A program made the translations under genes and the position numbers. Shown here piece after piece: positions 39,826 to 51,458 of a stretch of DNA of 64,000 bases. The notes below the pieces were generated by a model. That model was not told where the DNA came from. It saw only the letters and a program-made list of their open reading frames with translations, and made no database searches. The DNA is from an uncultured Gammaproteobacteria bacterium (GTDB taxonomy: Bacteria; Pseudomonadota; Gammaproteobacteria; JABCZS01): the NCBI GenBank assembly GCA_963848305.1, contig CAWKDC010000001.1, positions 1,312,001 to 1,376,000 on the forward strand. The letters are read 5' to 3'. The number at the start of each line of letters is the position of its first letter. Position 1 is the stretch's first letter.

Positions 39826-41539
39826 ATGTCAAATAACATCCAATTTACGATCGACAATCAACCATTTAAGATCATTTCTGCGCGCATTCACGAGCAAATC
39901 AATCAACCTTACTGGGGCGAATGTCACCTGCGACATGATGGGTTGGTCTGGTCCTCAATCACTCATGGGAAAAAGCGCCCTATTATTTTCAGAAGTTGCT
40001 GACATTAAGCGATATTTTCATCTGATCATCACGTCTGTCACGACCTATGCGGGTGATCCACATTCATTCATAGTGAAAGGTGAGTCGCCAATGTGTGGAC
40101 TTAAGCACGCTTATCGGTCAAGAAGCTTTTCAAATATCACTACACGTGAATTAATAAATAGGCTGGTCACAAATATTCATTGGAATGGTGAATCATCCGA
40201 TCACATTCATGAATATGTTGAGCAGCATCAATGTTCGGATATGGATTTGTTTCAACGTCTGATTTATCAAATGAATTTAGTTTATTATTGTAAATCCGAC
40301 GAATATTCTACAAAAGTTTATGTTGAAAAAATGCATTACAAGGGTGATATCACATCCTTTCCATTTTTACCGGGTCGAGCAGCTTCGGATCAGACATTAA
40401 AAATCAATGCGATTGAAGGCGATGATCACACATTTTATTGCGTGACCAATATATTATCACTGCAACCACATGGCGTTTTCTCATTGGAAGGACATCCTAC
40501 CATCACATATAACCGTGAGTACCGAATATTGGAAAATGAACATGTTTGGCAAGAAAATGATATTGCGTACCAACATCATTTAACAGTGGAGCCGGCCAAC
40601 AGTGTGAACAGTCACCATGTTCAGCATCCCACCAATAAAGTACCTTATATATCTGTGGCAGTCGTACAAAGTAATCCGCATACATTGCTGAATGATCAGG
40701 GTAAATATCATATTCAGCCACTGGAAATGTCAAAACGACTCCCGAATGAAAGACAATATGCCGTACCCATGTCTGGATCCTATGTTGGTAATGATTTCGG
40801 CATGCATTTTCCGCTCGCAGAACACACGGAAGTGTTGATAGCACGAATGGACGGTTATGTGGATAAGCCATTCATCATGGGCGCTTGGTATAACAGTGTT
40901 CACATTAATCCCATCACAGAGATATATCCTGATCAGCATGTGATAAAAACGCAAGGAAAAAATTCGTTGTTGATGAACGATGATAAGATCAGCCCTTCTT
41001 TGTGTATTGAAACGGCACTTCAAGAGCAGTCTATTACATTTGAAGCAGAGACGAATGCAGTCAGCGTGAACATGAATAGTCAGCGTGGCTGTGTCATGCT
41101 TGAAGCAGATCAAGACATTGCTTTATGCACAAAAGCTTCTTTGAATGTTGCAGTGGAGGGTGAAATGGATATGAATGCAAAATCCTTGCAATGCATTGCG
41201 ACAGACAATGACATCACTTTTCATTGTGGGAATGATCAAAAAATGGTTGCTCAAAAAAATGTGAACATTAAAATGGGCAATCACTTATCAATCACTGCCG
41301 ATAAAAGTGTAGCGATGGACATCAAAAAAGAATATTATTTATCCTGTCAGGGAAACAGCCGAATGAATGCTGAGCATGGAAAAATGCTGTTGTCATCAAG
41401 TCAATCGACGAGTTTTCTATCAGATCAAATTAATATAATCGCAGGAGGTTCCACAATGTGTATGAAAAACAATGGAATTGGAATATTATCTGCTCAACTG
41501 ATAACGATCAATGTAGACGCCATCAATATTAAGTCATGA
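39826..41539 (+). CDS. vgrG: T6SS spike VgrG-like protein, divergent (apparent frameshift near 39950)
   Basis: E.I.QP, RYFH..IT, RSFSN, Y.EQ...SD.D...RL, G..FGMHFPL...TEVLI..MDG..DKP.I.GA.YN, N...M.D, beta-helix-like C-terminus. Confidence 0.8.
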
Positions 41540-41577
41540 GTCAGAGCAAAATGGTATTAATCCCATAAAAAAAATGA

Positions 41578-41607
41578 TTGACAATTAAAATAAAATAATT
41601 ATAGAAT
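41578..41607 (+). promoter_or_regulatory. sigma70-like promoter of tssJ-tssG
   Basis: TTGACA-18-TAGAAT in an AT-rich gap. Confidence 0.45.
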
Positions 41608-41712
41608 GCATTACTGAAGTTAAAATAAATACAGATGGAGTTTTAATGATGAATAACAACATTTAGTTTTCGACACAGCCATTTTTAATTCATTTTTTTA
41701 AGAGAGCCAATC

Positions 41713-42183
41713 ATGGAGCGATTAGAGATTTTTTGCGCCAAAATTTTTATCTTATGCTGCATTCTCACAATGATAGCCGGTTGTGGTTCGCCAAAAGTAA
41801 AGGTGAATGTTGCAGCAGATCAATCATTGAATCAAGACAATCAGCAGCGTTCATTGCCAGTGGTATTGCGTGTTTACCAGCTCAGTGCCAAAACAAAATT
41901 TGAGCAAGCTGATTTTAAACAAATATGGAAACAGGATACAGCATTTCTTGGTGCTGAATTATTGGCTAAAGAAGAATATTTAGTGCATCCTGGCAAAAAA
42001 AGCACATTAAAATATCCAAAAGTAGACGGCGCGAAATATATCGGTGTCGTTGCGTTGTTTAGAAATATCGAGCAGCATCATTGGCAGATCGTTAAGCCAG
42101 TGGGTCAATCGTTATTAACGCAGCATTTTTCAAGTACGCTGAAAATGAGAATGAAAGATAATACCATTAGATCGACGCTATAA
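41713..42183 (+). CDS. tssJ: T6SS lipoprotein TssJ
   Basis: Lipobox IAGC; A...LN.D....SLPVV.RVYQL; YIGVVALFR; W. Confidence 0.9.
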   Translation: MERLEIFCAKIFILCCILTMIAGCGSPKVKVNVAADQSLNQDNQQRSLPVVLRVYQLSAKTKFEQADFKQIWKQDTAFLGAELLAKEEYLVHPGKKSTLKYPKVDGAKYIGVVALFRNIEQHHWQIVKPVGQSLLTQHFSSTLKMRMKDNTIRSTL

Positions 42184-42195
42184 GAAGGTTATAAA

Positions 42196-43491
42196 ATGAA
42201 GGCAGGATATACGTTGGCTTGGTCAGAAGGAACATACCTCACACAGCAGCATTTTCAGTGTTGGGGAAAAACCATTGATCAGATCTACCTGAGCGTTATA
42301 AATCACCTCGTCCCTTATGCATACGGCGTGATGCAATGCGAATTCGATGACGACGCGATTCGGCAAGGCATTTGTCGTCTCACATCGCTGCAATTGCTGA
42401 CAAGATCGGGTCACCACATCGTGTATCAATCAACACACATGCCAGTGGTTGAGTGTCTGCTCAATGATTCATCCGCATTGATTTATCTCCACTGGTCTCA
42501 GAATGATTTGTGTCGGGGCTTGAGCGGGTATGACAATATGGGGCCTGCGCCACAATTCGAGGTCGAATATCACTTGATCAGGGATATGCATGATACTCAA
42601 AGAGCTCAGGAAGTGGCATTCAAGCGATATCGTATCGAGTTAAGCAACAGCCCCATGGCTGCTGAAGGCACGTATTCCATGCCAATTGCAAGGGTTCGTC
42701 ACAACGTGGGGAATCAGTATGAATTCGATAAAGCATACATGCCCACTGCCATGAGTTTCAAAGCAGTACCATCTTTTAATTTGTTTTTAGAACGCTTGAT
42801 TCCAGTTATCACGCATAAGCTATCTTCACTCAAGCAACAATTGTCAAGAAAGTGGGATGCAGGATCGCATATTGAGGCAAATGTTTGGTCACAATGTTTG
42901 ATATCATTAATGCAAATAAAGTCGCACCAAATCGCGCACCCTTATGATGTTTATCTTGTCTTGATAATCGCAATTCAGCAGTTATTTATCGCTAAAACAG
43001 AAGACTGCAATCTGCCAACATACTGTCACGAAGCTTTGACAGAGACATTTTCTGGCATCGAAAATATATTGAACACATTGTGCTTAATTGATGCAGTGCC
43101 TGAAGAAGACAAGATTTTTCTAACGAAAATAGATGAGCATCACTTGACAACAGGACACATTCCGGGCGATGTGATTCATGCCTATGAGTGGTATTTGGGT
43201 GTGAACATGCATGCGGATGATGTGAAGTGGGTGCAGCAATTTGTGCAACAAGTGAAATTGGGTACGGCGGAAACGCTGCCCAGTATTTTGATGTCTGCGT
43301 TGCCAGGCATATCATTACAGCATGTTCAACGTCCTCCCTCATCCATCGTGCTTAAGAGCGGATACGAATATTTTCGAATGAAAAAAGGTGATGCCTATTG
43401 GCAATCGATGGTCTCGCATCAAAATATGAAAATATACCTTCCGCGTCCATTTCACATGGCATCGTTGACGTTGGATATTATCAAGGAGTAG
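42196..43491 (+). CDS. tssK: T6SS baseplate TssK
   Basis: WSEG.YL..QHFQ, YG, ALPGI.L.H..RPP, GY.YF, W. Confidence 0.9.
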   Translation: MKAGYTLAWSEGTYLTQQHFQCWGKTIDQIYLSVINHLVPYAYGVMQCEFDDDAIRQGICRLTSLQLLTRSGHHIVYQSTHMPVVECLLNDSSALIYLHWSQNDLCRGLSGYDNMGPAPQFEVEYHLIRDMHDTQRAQEVAFKRYRIELSNSPMAAEGTYSMPIARVRHNVGNQYEFDKAYMPTAMSFKAVPSFNLFLERLIPVITHKLSSLKQQLSRKWDAGSHIEANVWSQCLISLMQIKSHQIAHPYDVYLVLIIAIQQLFIAKTEDCNLPTYCHEALTETFSGIENILNTLCLIDAVPEEDKIFLTKIDEHHLTTGHIPGDVIHAYEWYLGVNMHADDVKWVQQFVQQVKLGTAETLPSILMSALPGISLQHVQRPPSSIVLKSGYEYFRMKKGDAYWQSMVSHQNMKIYLPRPFHMASLTLDIIKE

Positions 43492-43495
43492 GCGC

Positions 43496-44113
43496 TTGAA
43501 AAAGACATATACATTATTAGATTGCGCGATGCCCATCTTTAAGATGCTCGGTCAAATGGAATATTCGTGTGGGTCGCAATTACGTGCGTTGCTACATCAA
43601 TTTGAATGTAAAGCCTACGAGCATCATATTCCCAGTCATCAGGTGCATGACGCTAAATACGCACTTGCCGCATTGATCGATGAAACAATCTTGAGATCTC
43701 CACACGCAGATAAAGATAATTGGATATCGCAGCTTATACAAGTGGAGCAATTCGGCGAGCATATGGCAGGTGAGAATTTTTTTAAATGGTTAGACCGTGT
43801 TAAAAGTAACGGTCCTGAATATCTGCCCGTCCTAGAAGTATATTATGTGTGCCTCAAAATGGGATTTCAGGGGCGGTACACAGTGGAAGGCCAAGAAAAA
43901 CTGAATGCCATTCATGTGGATGTGAAGCACACGATTGATCTTTGTCTCGGTTCTGTCAATCCCTATTTGTCTAGACCGCTCGAGTCTCGTCAATCATCCG
44001 AAAATTCTAGGCGTCATTTTCCGTGGTGGGGTTATTCAGCAGGATCTTTCGTGTGTATTCTGATTTTTTATATCGGCTATAGCATGGTTTTAAACAGCGT
44101 GGTGTCATCATGA
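43496..44113 (+). CDS. tssL: T6SS membrane protein TssL/DotU
   Basis: AKYAL.ALIDE, W, F.E..AGE.FF, LEVYY.CL..GFQGRY, C-terminal TM; no OmpA domain. Confidence 0.92.
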   Translation: MKKTYTLLDCAMPIFKMLGQMEYSCGSQLRALLHQFECKAYEHHIPSHQVHDAKYALAALIDETILRSPHADKDNWISQLIQVEQFGEHMAGENFFKWLDRVKSNGPEYLPVLEVYYVCLKMGFQGRYTVEGQEKLNAIHVDVKHTIDLCLGSVNPYLSRPLESRQSSENSRRHFPWWGYSAGSFVCILIFYIGYSMVLNSVVSS

Positions 44114-47100
44114 AGAAAATGATCGGGATTAATGTGATCATCACCACAGTGATAGGATTTGTCACGTGGTGCATCATTCATGCAAGTGAATTTGTTTGGA
44201 AAATATTGTTTGTTATGATATGTATCTTGGGAATATGCATCAGTGTTTACTTGTGCTATCGATTGAGACTATTTTCCCGTGGAAAGCAGCTATTTGAAGC
44301 AATTCAACAACAGAACACTGAAGAACACGCATTAGAAGTGTCAGCCTTGCGCGAAAAAATAAAGGAAGCAATTGCTGCTGTCAAAGTGTCAACCCTGTAC
44401 ACGTTACCCTGGTTCATAATTATCGGCCCATCTGCTGCAGGAAAAAGTACACTGCTGCGACATTCTGGATTGCATTTTCCCTATTCACGTCACAAGGATA
44501 TTGACATAAAAGGTTTTGCTGGCACACGGAATTGTGACTGGTGGTTTGCAGATGAAGCGATCATTCTTGACACGGCGGGTCGTTATACCACAGAAGCAGA
44601 TGATAAACCCGAATGGTTAGCATTTTTAGACATGCTTAAGAAATTCAGAAGACGCGCACCTATTAACGGAGTCATTGTTGCATTGAGTCTATCCGATATC
44701 TTGCATTCGACAGAGCAGGAAATTGAAGATCATGTGCAAGTCATTCGTGCGCGACTCGATGAATTGATTGATCGGCTAGGTGTGGTTTTTCCAGTTCATA
44801 TCATTTTAACTAAATGTGATCTGCTGGATGGTTTCCAAGCCTATATGGCGGATATGGGGATTGATGGACGTGAGCAGGTGTGGGGATTTCAACTCAACTC
44901 ACGCAGATATGATGAAGCTTCTGTGGTTGATGCCCTGCAATCTCTTTATAGTAAATTATGTGATATGCGAATGCATAAACTCACATTGCAGCCTCAATCT
45001 GCTGAACGGATCGAGATATTGGCTTTTCCTACGGTATTCCATGAGATGACGAAAAAGCTTAAACCGTTCCTTGAATTGTTGTTGAAGGAAAATCCTTATC
45101 AGGAACAGGCTGATTTCAAAGGAGTATACCTTACCAGTGCATATCAGGGGCAAAAAACAAATCCAAGTTTTTTTGTGAAACATCTGTTTAAAAAAATCAT
45201 TTTCCAAGACAAATTTCTTGTCCGTAGCGAGTACGCAAGAAAGATGAACCTTTCTCTTCACACGTGCTCGGCTGTTTTATCGGGTTTAATGTTGATTACA
45301 GCCATTGTGCTGCTACAGTCAAGTTATGGCATACACAAGAAGGTTTATGCCAAGGTTGAATCGATACTTGATCGACAGTTGACGATCGGCGCAGGGTTTT
45401 CGCGGCAGAAATGGCAATCACTGATGAAGCTACACGAAGAATATGTAGACATCATGCACTTAACTGATCACAAAACATTGTCATTGTTGATGATGAACAA
45501 GTTGGAACGTGCGCAAGAGAAACTGCGCATAGAATGGATGGCTCAAATGCAGGCGTTATTTCAACAAGATGTGGCGGAATATCTTGAAATAAATTTGGAA
45601 AATCATGCATTAGATTGGATTAATTTAACCGTCGAGCAGCAAAATGCTGTTTATGGATCTTTCTATGATAACTTGAAAACCTATTTAATGCTCACAGATC
45701 CCAAAAAGTTCATGGATAAAGCTTATGCGCAACCTAAGTTATCAGCGATCTGGCAGTATATACTTCAAAATCGTTATGGAGATTTTTCACTTCCACACGA
45801 CAAGATCAATGCAATGGTGGGCACCTACATTGAGGTGATCAAGACAAATCATCAGATGCAATATGCTTGGAGAAGTGATCAGACACTTATTGCTCAGGCG
45901 CAAAGTATCCTTAACATTGATCCATCTGCTGATTCGATTTATGCACATTTCATGAGTGATTTGAATGATCGTTTAGGATATACCTCCCTCAATGAATTGA
46001 TGGGTGGTAAATCGTATGGATTGTTCACCAGTGAAATGAGTATGCCAAAGGCATTCACGAAACAATATATTAACAGTGATGTATTGCCAGCTATCGACGC
46101 ATCTGTGGCACGTGCATTGGAAGGTGATTGGGTGCTGAATAATCAACACGGGAGCGCAGATGAACAACTTAAAAAGAAACTATCCGAACAGCTTCGTGGC
46201 CAATATTTTTTAGCATATGCAGATGCATGGTTTAGCCTGATTGCTTCAGTCAAGATCAAACCCTTTCAGTCATTGAGTGATGCATCGAATAAGCTGTCAT
46301 TATTGCAGCAGCCTTCAGGCCCTTTCTCAACATTCATGGGAGTGATTAGAGATAACGTGTTTGTATCTGATCACCTGGACGTTCCAACAAAGATCTCAGA
46401 CAAGATGCCATCACCGATGCGGGCTCCTGAATTGGAAAAACCATTTTATGCTTTACGGCGCTTGACACAGCCGGCTGAAAAAATGAATGTCTCTGAAGCA
46501 ATGAATCAATATTTGCATTTAATAGGACGTGTGCACAATGACTTATTGCGTATTACGCACAGCAGCGATGCTGCCAGAGAGGCAGAAGTATACGCGCGAA
46601 GTGTATTGCTGGGGTCAGAGACTGAGATTTCTAAAGCAGTATCAAGTTTGTCTTTCTTGCTTGATTCTACAACCAATACACCTGAAGCGATGTCATATGG
46701 TGAGAGGACCCGTCAATCTATGGAACCCTTATTATTTTCTGTCATCGAGAATGCATGGGAATCCATTTTGGCGAATGTGGCTGTTCACTTGCAAAAAGGG
46801 TGGGATGCACAAGTTGTCGATGTCTATAACGATACACTGCGATACAAATTTCCCTTTTCGAAAAAGAATGTTGATGCTTCATTAGAAGACGTCTCAAATT
46901 TTTTCAACCCAAACAATGGCATTTTAAGTCGTTTTCAAGAGACATATCTGTCACCTTATTTGACCTGGACACGTCAGGGTTATGAGCCGCAGACATGGCT
47001 CGGCAAAGGCATACAGTTTTCTGCCGAATTCATTGACTCACTTAACACAGCAAAGAGGATTTCGGAAGGATTATTCAAATCACGCAGTGGTCATCTTGAG

Positions 47101-47556
47101 CTCACCTTTTATGTGTCGCCCGTGCCTACACCAGACATTGAAGAAGTGATTTTTGACAGCAACGGTCAAATGTATCGTTACCGTAATGAACCTGAGGAAT
47201 GGAGACAGTTTGTTTGGCCAGGTGATTCAGCTGAAACGGGTGCACGTTTATATGCATCTAAAAATGAACAATCACAATGGGCAGAAATCTACCATCCAGG
47301 TGTGTGGGGTTTGTTTCATTTGTTAAATGCGGCAAAGTTAACAGGTGAAGGCGGGGCTCAGTACTTATCTCAATGGCAGGTGAAGGATGACAGTGGGAAA
47401 TGGATGAATGTTCGTTTCAAATTAAAAGCAGATAAGCAGCATAATATTTTTGAGCCTGGGTTGTTGCAAACACTTGTATTGCCTGCAGACATTACAGGGC
47501 AAGCATCTTTGCTGGTTGCTCATCGGGCGGAGGATGGTCATGTTTCAATTCCTTAA
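44110..47556 (+). CDS. tssM: T6SS membrane complex TssM/IcmF
   Basis: LYTLPW..IIGP..AGKST, GTRNCDWWF, DTAGRY, PINGVIV, FPV...TKCDL..GF, G.WG.F.L. Confidence 0.95.
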   Translation: MKKMIGINVIITTVIGFVTWCIIHASEFVWKILFVMICILGICISVYLCYRLRLFSRGKQLFEAIQQQNTEEHALEVSALREKIKEAIAAVKVSTLYTLPWFIIIGPSAAGKSTLLRHSGLHFPYSRHKDIDIKGFAGTRNCDWWFADEAIILDTAGRYTTEADDKPEWLAFLDMLKKFRRRAPINGVIVALSLSDILHSTEQEIEDHVQVIRARLDELIDRLGVVFPVHIILTKCDLLDGFQAYMADMGIDGREQVWGFQLNSRRYDEASVVDALQSLYSKLCDMRMHKLTLQPQSAERIEILAFPTVFHEMTKKLKPFLELLLKENPYQEQADFKGVYLTSAYQGQKTNPSFFVKHLFKKIIFQDKFLVRSEYARKMNLSLHTCSAVLSGLMLITAIVLLQSSYGIHKKVYAKVESILDRQLTIGAGFSRQKWQSLMKLHEEYVDIMHLTDHKTLSLLMMNKLERAQEKLRIEWMAQMQALFQQDVAEYLEINLENHALDWINLTVEQQNAVYGSFYDNLKTYLMLTDPKKFMDKAYAQPKLSAIWQYILQNRYGDFSLPHDKINAMVGTYIEVIKTNHQMQYAWRSDQTLIAQAQSILNIDPSADSIYAHFMSDLNDRLGYTSLNELMGGKSYGLFTSEMSMPKAFTKQYINSDVLPAIDASVARALEGDWVLNNQHGSADEQLKKKLSEQLRGQYFLAYADAWFSLIASVKIKPFQSLSDASNKLSLLQQPSGPFSTFMGVIRDNVFVSDHLDVPTKISDKMPSPMRAPELEKPFYALRRLTQPAEKMNVSEAMNQYLHLIGRVHNDLLRITHSSDAAREAEVYARSVLLGSETEISKAVSSLSFLLDSTTNTPEAMSYGERTRQSMEPLLFSVIENAWESILANVAVHLQKGWDAQVVDVYNDTLRYKFPFSKKNVDASLEDVSNFFNPNNGILSRFQETYLSPYLTWTRQGYEPQTWLGKGIQFSAEFIDSLNTAKRISEGLFKSRSGHLELTFYVSPVPTPDIEEVIFDSNGQMYRYRNEPEEWRQFVWPGDSAETGARLYASKNEQSQWAEIYHPGVWGLFHLLNAAKLTGEGGAQYLSQWQVKDDSGKWMNVRFKLKADKQHNIFEPGLLQTLVLPADITGQASLLVAHRAEDGHVSIP

Positions 47557-48475
47557 AAAGCAAAAAACCTCTCCAAGATTATTGTCTTCATTTTCAATAT
47601 TCGGCAAGTTGCCGGGTATGGCTGATTTTATAAAAATTAATGCGCATTCAGAGCAAGCTGTTGAAATCAATGAGGCTGTTGCGCATTTGTGGTCTGAATT
47701 GCATGAAAAATCAATCAGCCTTGATAGAGAGTTTAGCTTGCAATGTGTTTTCGAGGAAAAGGATCATCATGTCCTCATTCAGATGATACACAGCAGAGAT
47801 AAAATCGGAAGGTGTTATCCCTTAACTACTTTTTGCCATTTGAAAAGCGAATTCATGACTCTGTGGCAGCCTGCTGCACCATTGATCACTGAGCCCGTCG
47901 TTTCTTTTATGAAAAGCTTGCAGGAACAAGATCATCTCAATTCAAGGTCATCTTTAGAGACTGCCTGTGAATCATCGAAGCATATCCTATTTGAACAGAC
48001 TAAAGCATCCTTGCTTGAATCGGAAGTAAAGCTATTAAAGTCTTGTGATCAAGGTACCTTCATCCAATCAGCCTACCCAGATGAGAAACTAGAAATGATT
48101 GCTTCGAGCATCCTAAATAACGCAAGCGATATTTTGGCATTTAAGGAGGATGAACATAAACCTCTCTCATTTCGATTATCAAAAGATCATGTCTTGACTT
48201 CCGCGGTATTTTGGCTTCAGTGGATAGAGACACTTTTACAACCTAAACGCTGGCCGTTACATTATTGCATCATCAACACCAATCATTTCGCTCAACTGCA
48301 TGTTTGGTTCGAGAAGCCTCTAAAGCTCACAATGAATGATTGGATGTTTATGAATCAACCATTGAAAAAAAATCTTCATAAATGTGAGCGGCTCGAAGCT
48401 GTTTTAATGAAAAAAGATATCACCTTATGTGACGCTCTGTATCTTTGGAAGCAGGAGGTATTAAGATGTGATTGA
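47540..48475 (+). CDS. tagF: T6SS-associated TagF-like protein
   Basis: FGKLP..ADFI and SRDK.GR.YP motifs; downstream of tssM. Confidence 0.85.
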   Translation: MFQFLKKQKTSPRLLSSFSIFGKLPGMADFIKINAHSEQAVEINEAVAHLWSELHEKSISLDREFSLQCVFEEKDHHVLIQMIHSRDKIGRCYPLTTFCHLKSEFMTLWQPAAPLITEPVVSFMKSLQEQDHLNSRSSLETACESSKHILFEQTKASLLESEVKLLKSCDQGTFIQSAYPDEKLEMIASSILNNASDILAFKEDEHKPLSFRLSKDHVLTSAVFWLQWIETLLQPKRWPLHYCIINTNHFAQLHVWFEKPLKLTMNDWMFMNQPLKKNLHKCERLEAVLMKKDITLCDALYLWKQEVLRCD

Positions 48476-48529
48476 TGAAAATACATTCATACGTGAAAGA
48501 AAGTATATATAGAAAACATGAGGTAAGAT

Positions 48530-49033
48530 ATGACGAACGCATTTCATAACGAAATTCCGAAAAGCAGAATTAACCTTTCTATTGACGTTAATGTCGATGG
48601 GAAAACAAAAACAGTGGCACTGCCACATAAGACATTGGTACTGGGAAATTTTTCAGCCGGCCACAATCAATTGCCTGTTCAGGAACGCGAAAAGAAAAAT
48701 GTCACAAGAGACAATATAGATTCAGTGATGAAGGATGTTTCGCCGACATTGGATTTGTCATTGCCGAATAGAATATCAAAAAATTCAAATGAGCTTAATG
48801 CGAAATTGAAATTTTCCTCATTAAAAGACTTTCATCCCGAATCTATTGCTCTTCAAGTGCCGGAGATGAAGCGATTGCTTGCCATGCGTCATTTGCTCAA
48901 GGATTTGCGAGCCCATATGTCAGACAATCAGGCATTGAAGGAACTGCTGAAAAACGTCATGCAATCTTCTCAAAACCTTAAAATGTTCCAGGAAGAAGTA
49001 GCACGTCTTGTCAATGATCATCAGGGAGAATAG
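48530..49033 (+). CDS. tssB: T6SS sheath small subunit TssB
   Basis: F.NE.PK.RIN, LP.K.LVLG.FS, F.S..DF.PE....QVPE...LLAMR.LL.DL. Confidence 0.93.
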   Translation: MTNAFHNEIPKSRINLSIDVNVDGKTKTVALPHKTLVLGNFSAGHNQLPVQEREKKNVTRDNIDSVMKDVSPTLDLSLPNRISKNSNELNAKLKFSSLKDFHPESIALQVPEMKRLLAMRHLLKDLRAHMSDNQALKELLKNVMQSSQNLKMFQEEVARLVNDHQGE

Positions 49034-49038
49034 GAGTT

Positions 49039-50533
49039 ATGATGAATTTATCTTTTTACGAATCAGTATGTCAGGTCGCAAATGTAGTGCCCATGCGAGA
49101 GCAATGTCGGGTAAACATTGATGATTATAGTCAGCGTCATTTACTGGCGGATACATCATCGAGTGAACGCTTAACTGTTTCGTTGGCAGCACTGCTCGAT
49201 TGTCTGAACACTGCTTCTTTGCCTACGCAAACACCAATCGATAATCAACTTATTGACCTGCTCATTGCGAATATTGATGAAAAACTGAGTGCACTATTAG
49301 ATGATATTTTGCACCATCCTGAATTTCAATCTTTAGAATCCCTATGGCGCAGCTTGGCTTATCTGGTGCAGGATTCTGATGCCCGATCCAATGTCAAAGT
49401 GGATATTCTTGATGTGTCAAAACAAGATCTACTGTCAGATTTTGAAGATGCACCAGATTCGACATCCAGTGGTCTCTATCATCATGTCTATACTCAAGAA
49501 TATGACATGCCAGGTGGCGAACCCTACAGTGCGATTGTGTCAGACTATGCATTTGATAAAACACCACAAGATATTGGGTTACTAAAGGAAATTGCTCGTG
49601 TTTGTTCATCTGCCCATTGTCCATTTATCGGGAATGTTGATGCGCAATTTTTTGACAAATCAGATTTCGAGGAAGTCATGAAAATCAAAGATTTGTCCAG
49701 TTATTTTGAACGAGCAGAATATATCCGCTGGCAAAGTTTTAGAAAAACAGATGACAGTCGCTATATTGGCCTGGTATTGCCAAAATTTCTCCTCAGGCTT
49801 CCTTATGGAGATGAGACATTGCGTGTGCGCAGTTTCAGTTATGCTGAAAATGTCATCGATGAAAATCATCAGAAATATTTGTGGGGATGTGGCAGTTTTG
49901 CCTTTGCTTCGAATATGGCCAGATCGTTTCGAAAACACGGCTGGACATTGAATATTCGAGCTGCCTGAGTCGGGTGGTAAAGTCGAAAACCTTCCCATGC
50001 ATCATTACGATGTCGGTAAAGGGATTCAAACTAAAATTCCCACAGAGGTAACTATTCCTGAAACACGCGAAATTGCGTTTGCTGAACTGGGTTTCATTCC
50101 GCTCAGCTATTACAAAAACAGTGATTTTGCCTGCTTTTTTTCAGCAAACTCTATACAGATGCCTGCGCTCTATGATGATGATCATGCGCAAGCCAATAGT
50201 CGCATCAATTCGCGTCTTCCGTATGTGCTATTGATTTCACGTTTAGCACACTATTTGAAAGTATTGCAACGCGAAAATATCGGCACGCAAAAATCACGCG
50301 AACATTTACAGGGGGAATTGAACCAGTGGTTGTCACGCTGGGTGACTGAAAAATCCAATCCATCCCCTGAAACAATTGCTCGATATCCCTTATCCAGTGC
50401 TTCAGTCACAGTACATGATGTGCCTGAAAATCCAGGATATTATCGAGTGGAGTTAAACGTCGTCCCACATTTTCAAGTAGAGGGAATGGACATTACTTTG
50501 TCATTGGTGTCTCAATTGCCGACGAAAAAGTAA
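49039..50533 (+). CDS. tssC: T6SS sheath large subunit TssC (apparent frameshift near 49960)
   Basis: ILHHPEFQ.LES.WR.L, EYD.PGGEP, RY.GL..P.FL.RLPYG, then PESGG.V.NLP, GFIPL, SRLAHYLKV.QRENIG, PHFQ.EG. Confidence 0.95.
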
Positions 50534-50575
50534 CTTGAAAATAATGCAACATCAACCAACAACAGGAGAAATAAT

Positions 50576-51076
50576 ATGCCAACACCTATCTATATGTGGA
50601 TAAAAGATGAATCAGGTGCACAGATTCAGGGGAGCGTCAAAATGACGGACGATCGCATGGGCAGCATAGAGGTCATCGAACTTAACCATGTGATCGCTAT
50701 CCCAACAGACAAACACAGTGGAGCGTTAACGGGGATGCGTCGACACGATGCATTGTGTCTTAAAAAAGCAGTCGACAAAAGTTCTGTCGATTTATTTCAA
50801 GCGGTGACAACGGGTCGCAATTTGAAAGAAGTGGTTTTACGGTTTTACGAAATCAATCGTGAGGGCATTGAGCAAGAGTATTATCGCATTTCATATGAGG
50901 ATGTTAAAGTCACCTCGTTTAAAACAGTTCTGCCCAATGTCAAGGATCCTGTCTCAGAACGTTTTCCGCATTTGGAAGAAGTGGAATTCCGATACAAAAG
51001 GATGACAGTTAATTTCACGAAAGGAAATTTGACCCATTCTGATGCATGGGAAGAGCGCGTCGCAAGAATTGCATAG
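50576..51076 (+). CDS. hcp: T6SS tube protein Hcp
   Basis: P.YMW.KD..G..I.GS, GSIEV, IPTD..SG..TG.R.H, K..DKSS..L.QA...G, HLEEV...Y. Confidence 0.93.
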   Translation: MPTPIYMWIKDESGAQIQGSVKMTDDRMGSIEVIELNHVIAIPTDKHSGALTGMRRHDALCLKKAVDKSSVDLFQAVTTGRNLKEVVLRFYEINREGIEQEYYRISYEDVKVTSFKTVLPNVKDPVSERFPHLEEVEFRYKRMTVNFTKGNLTHSDAWEERVARIA

Positions 51077-51098
51077 AAATATATAAAGAGGAATAAAC

Positions 51099-51458
51099 AT
51101 GCAAACAAATTTATTTCAATCATTGACGTCGCGCCCACCTTATGGTGGGCGTGAAGCGATACGGTCTTCCATCGATGCCTTGCTGAATGCAAAGTCGGGT
51201 AGGGTTCCTTATGATTTCGGGTTACCTGATTTCTTGGATTCAATGTCTCGAGATTATTTTCAAAAACTTTCCTATATGCTGACGCATAAAATCAAACAAT
51301 CAGATTCCAGAATTGAACGTGTCACCTGCGAGCGAATGACGGAACCGGCCTCTTTAGGAGCCACCTGTTATCATTTGACTATCATGCTGATGACGAGTGA
51401 ATCATTTGATTTATACATAAAAGCAGATTGGTTGGGGAGATTTGATGTCAGTTTCTGA
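51099..51458 (+). CDS. tssE: T6SS baseplate TssE (gp25-like)
   Basis: LF..L, LLN...G....DFGLPD, I...D.RI..V; between hcp and tssF. Confidence 0.75.
   Translation: MQTNLFQSLTSRPPYGGREAIRSSIDALLNAKSGRVPYDFGLPDFLDSMSRDYFQKLSYMLTHKIKQSDSRIERVTCERMTEPASLGATCYHLTIMLMTSESFDLYIKADWLGRFDVSF

Noticed and set aside
41640-41670. Fur box upstream of tssJ
   Set aside because: AATGATGAATAACAACATT is only a loose match in very AT-rich DNA.
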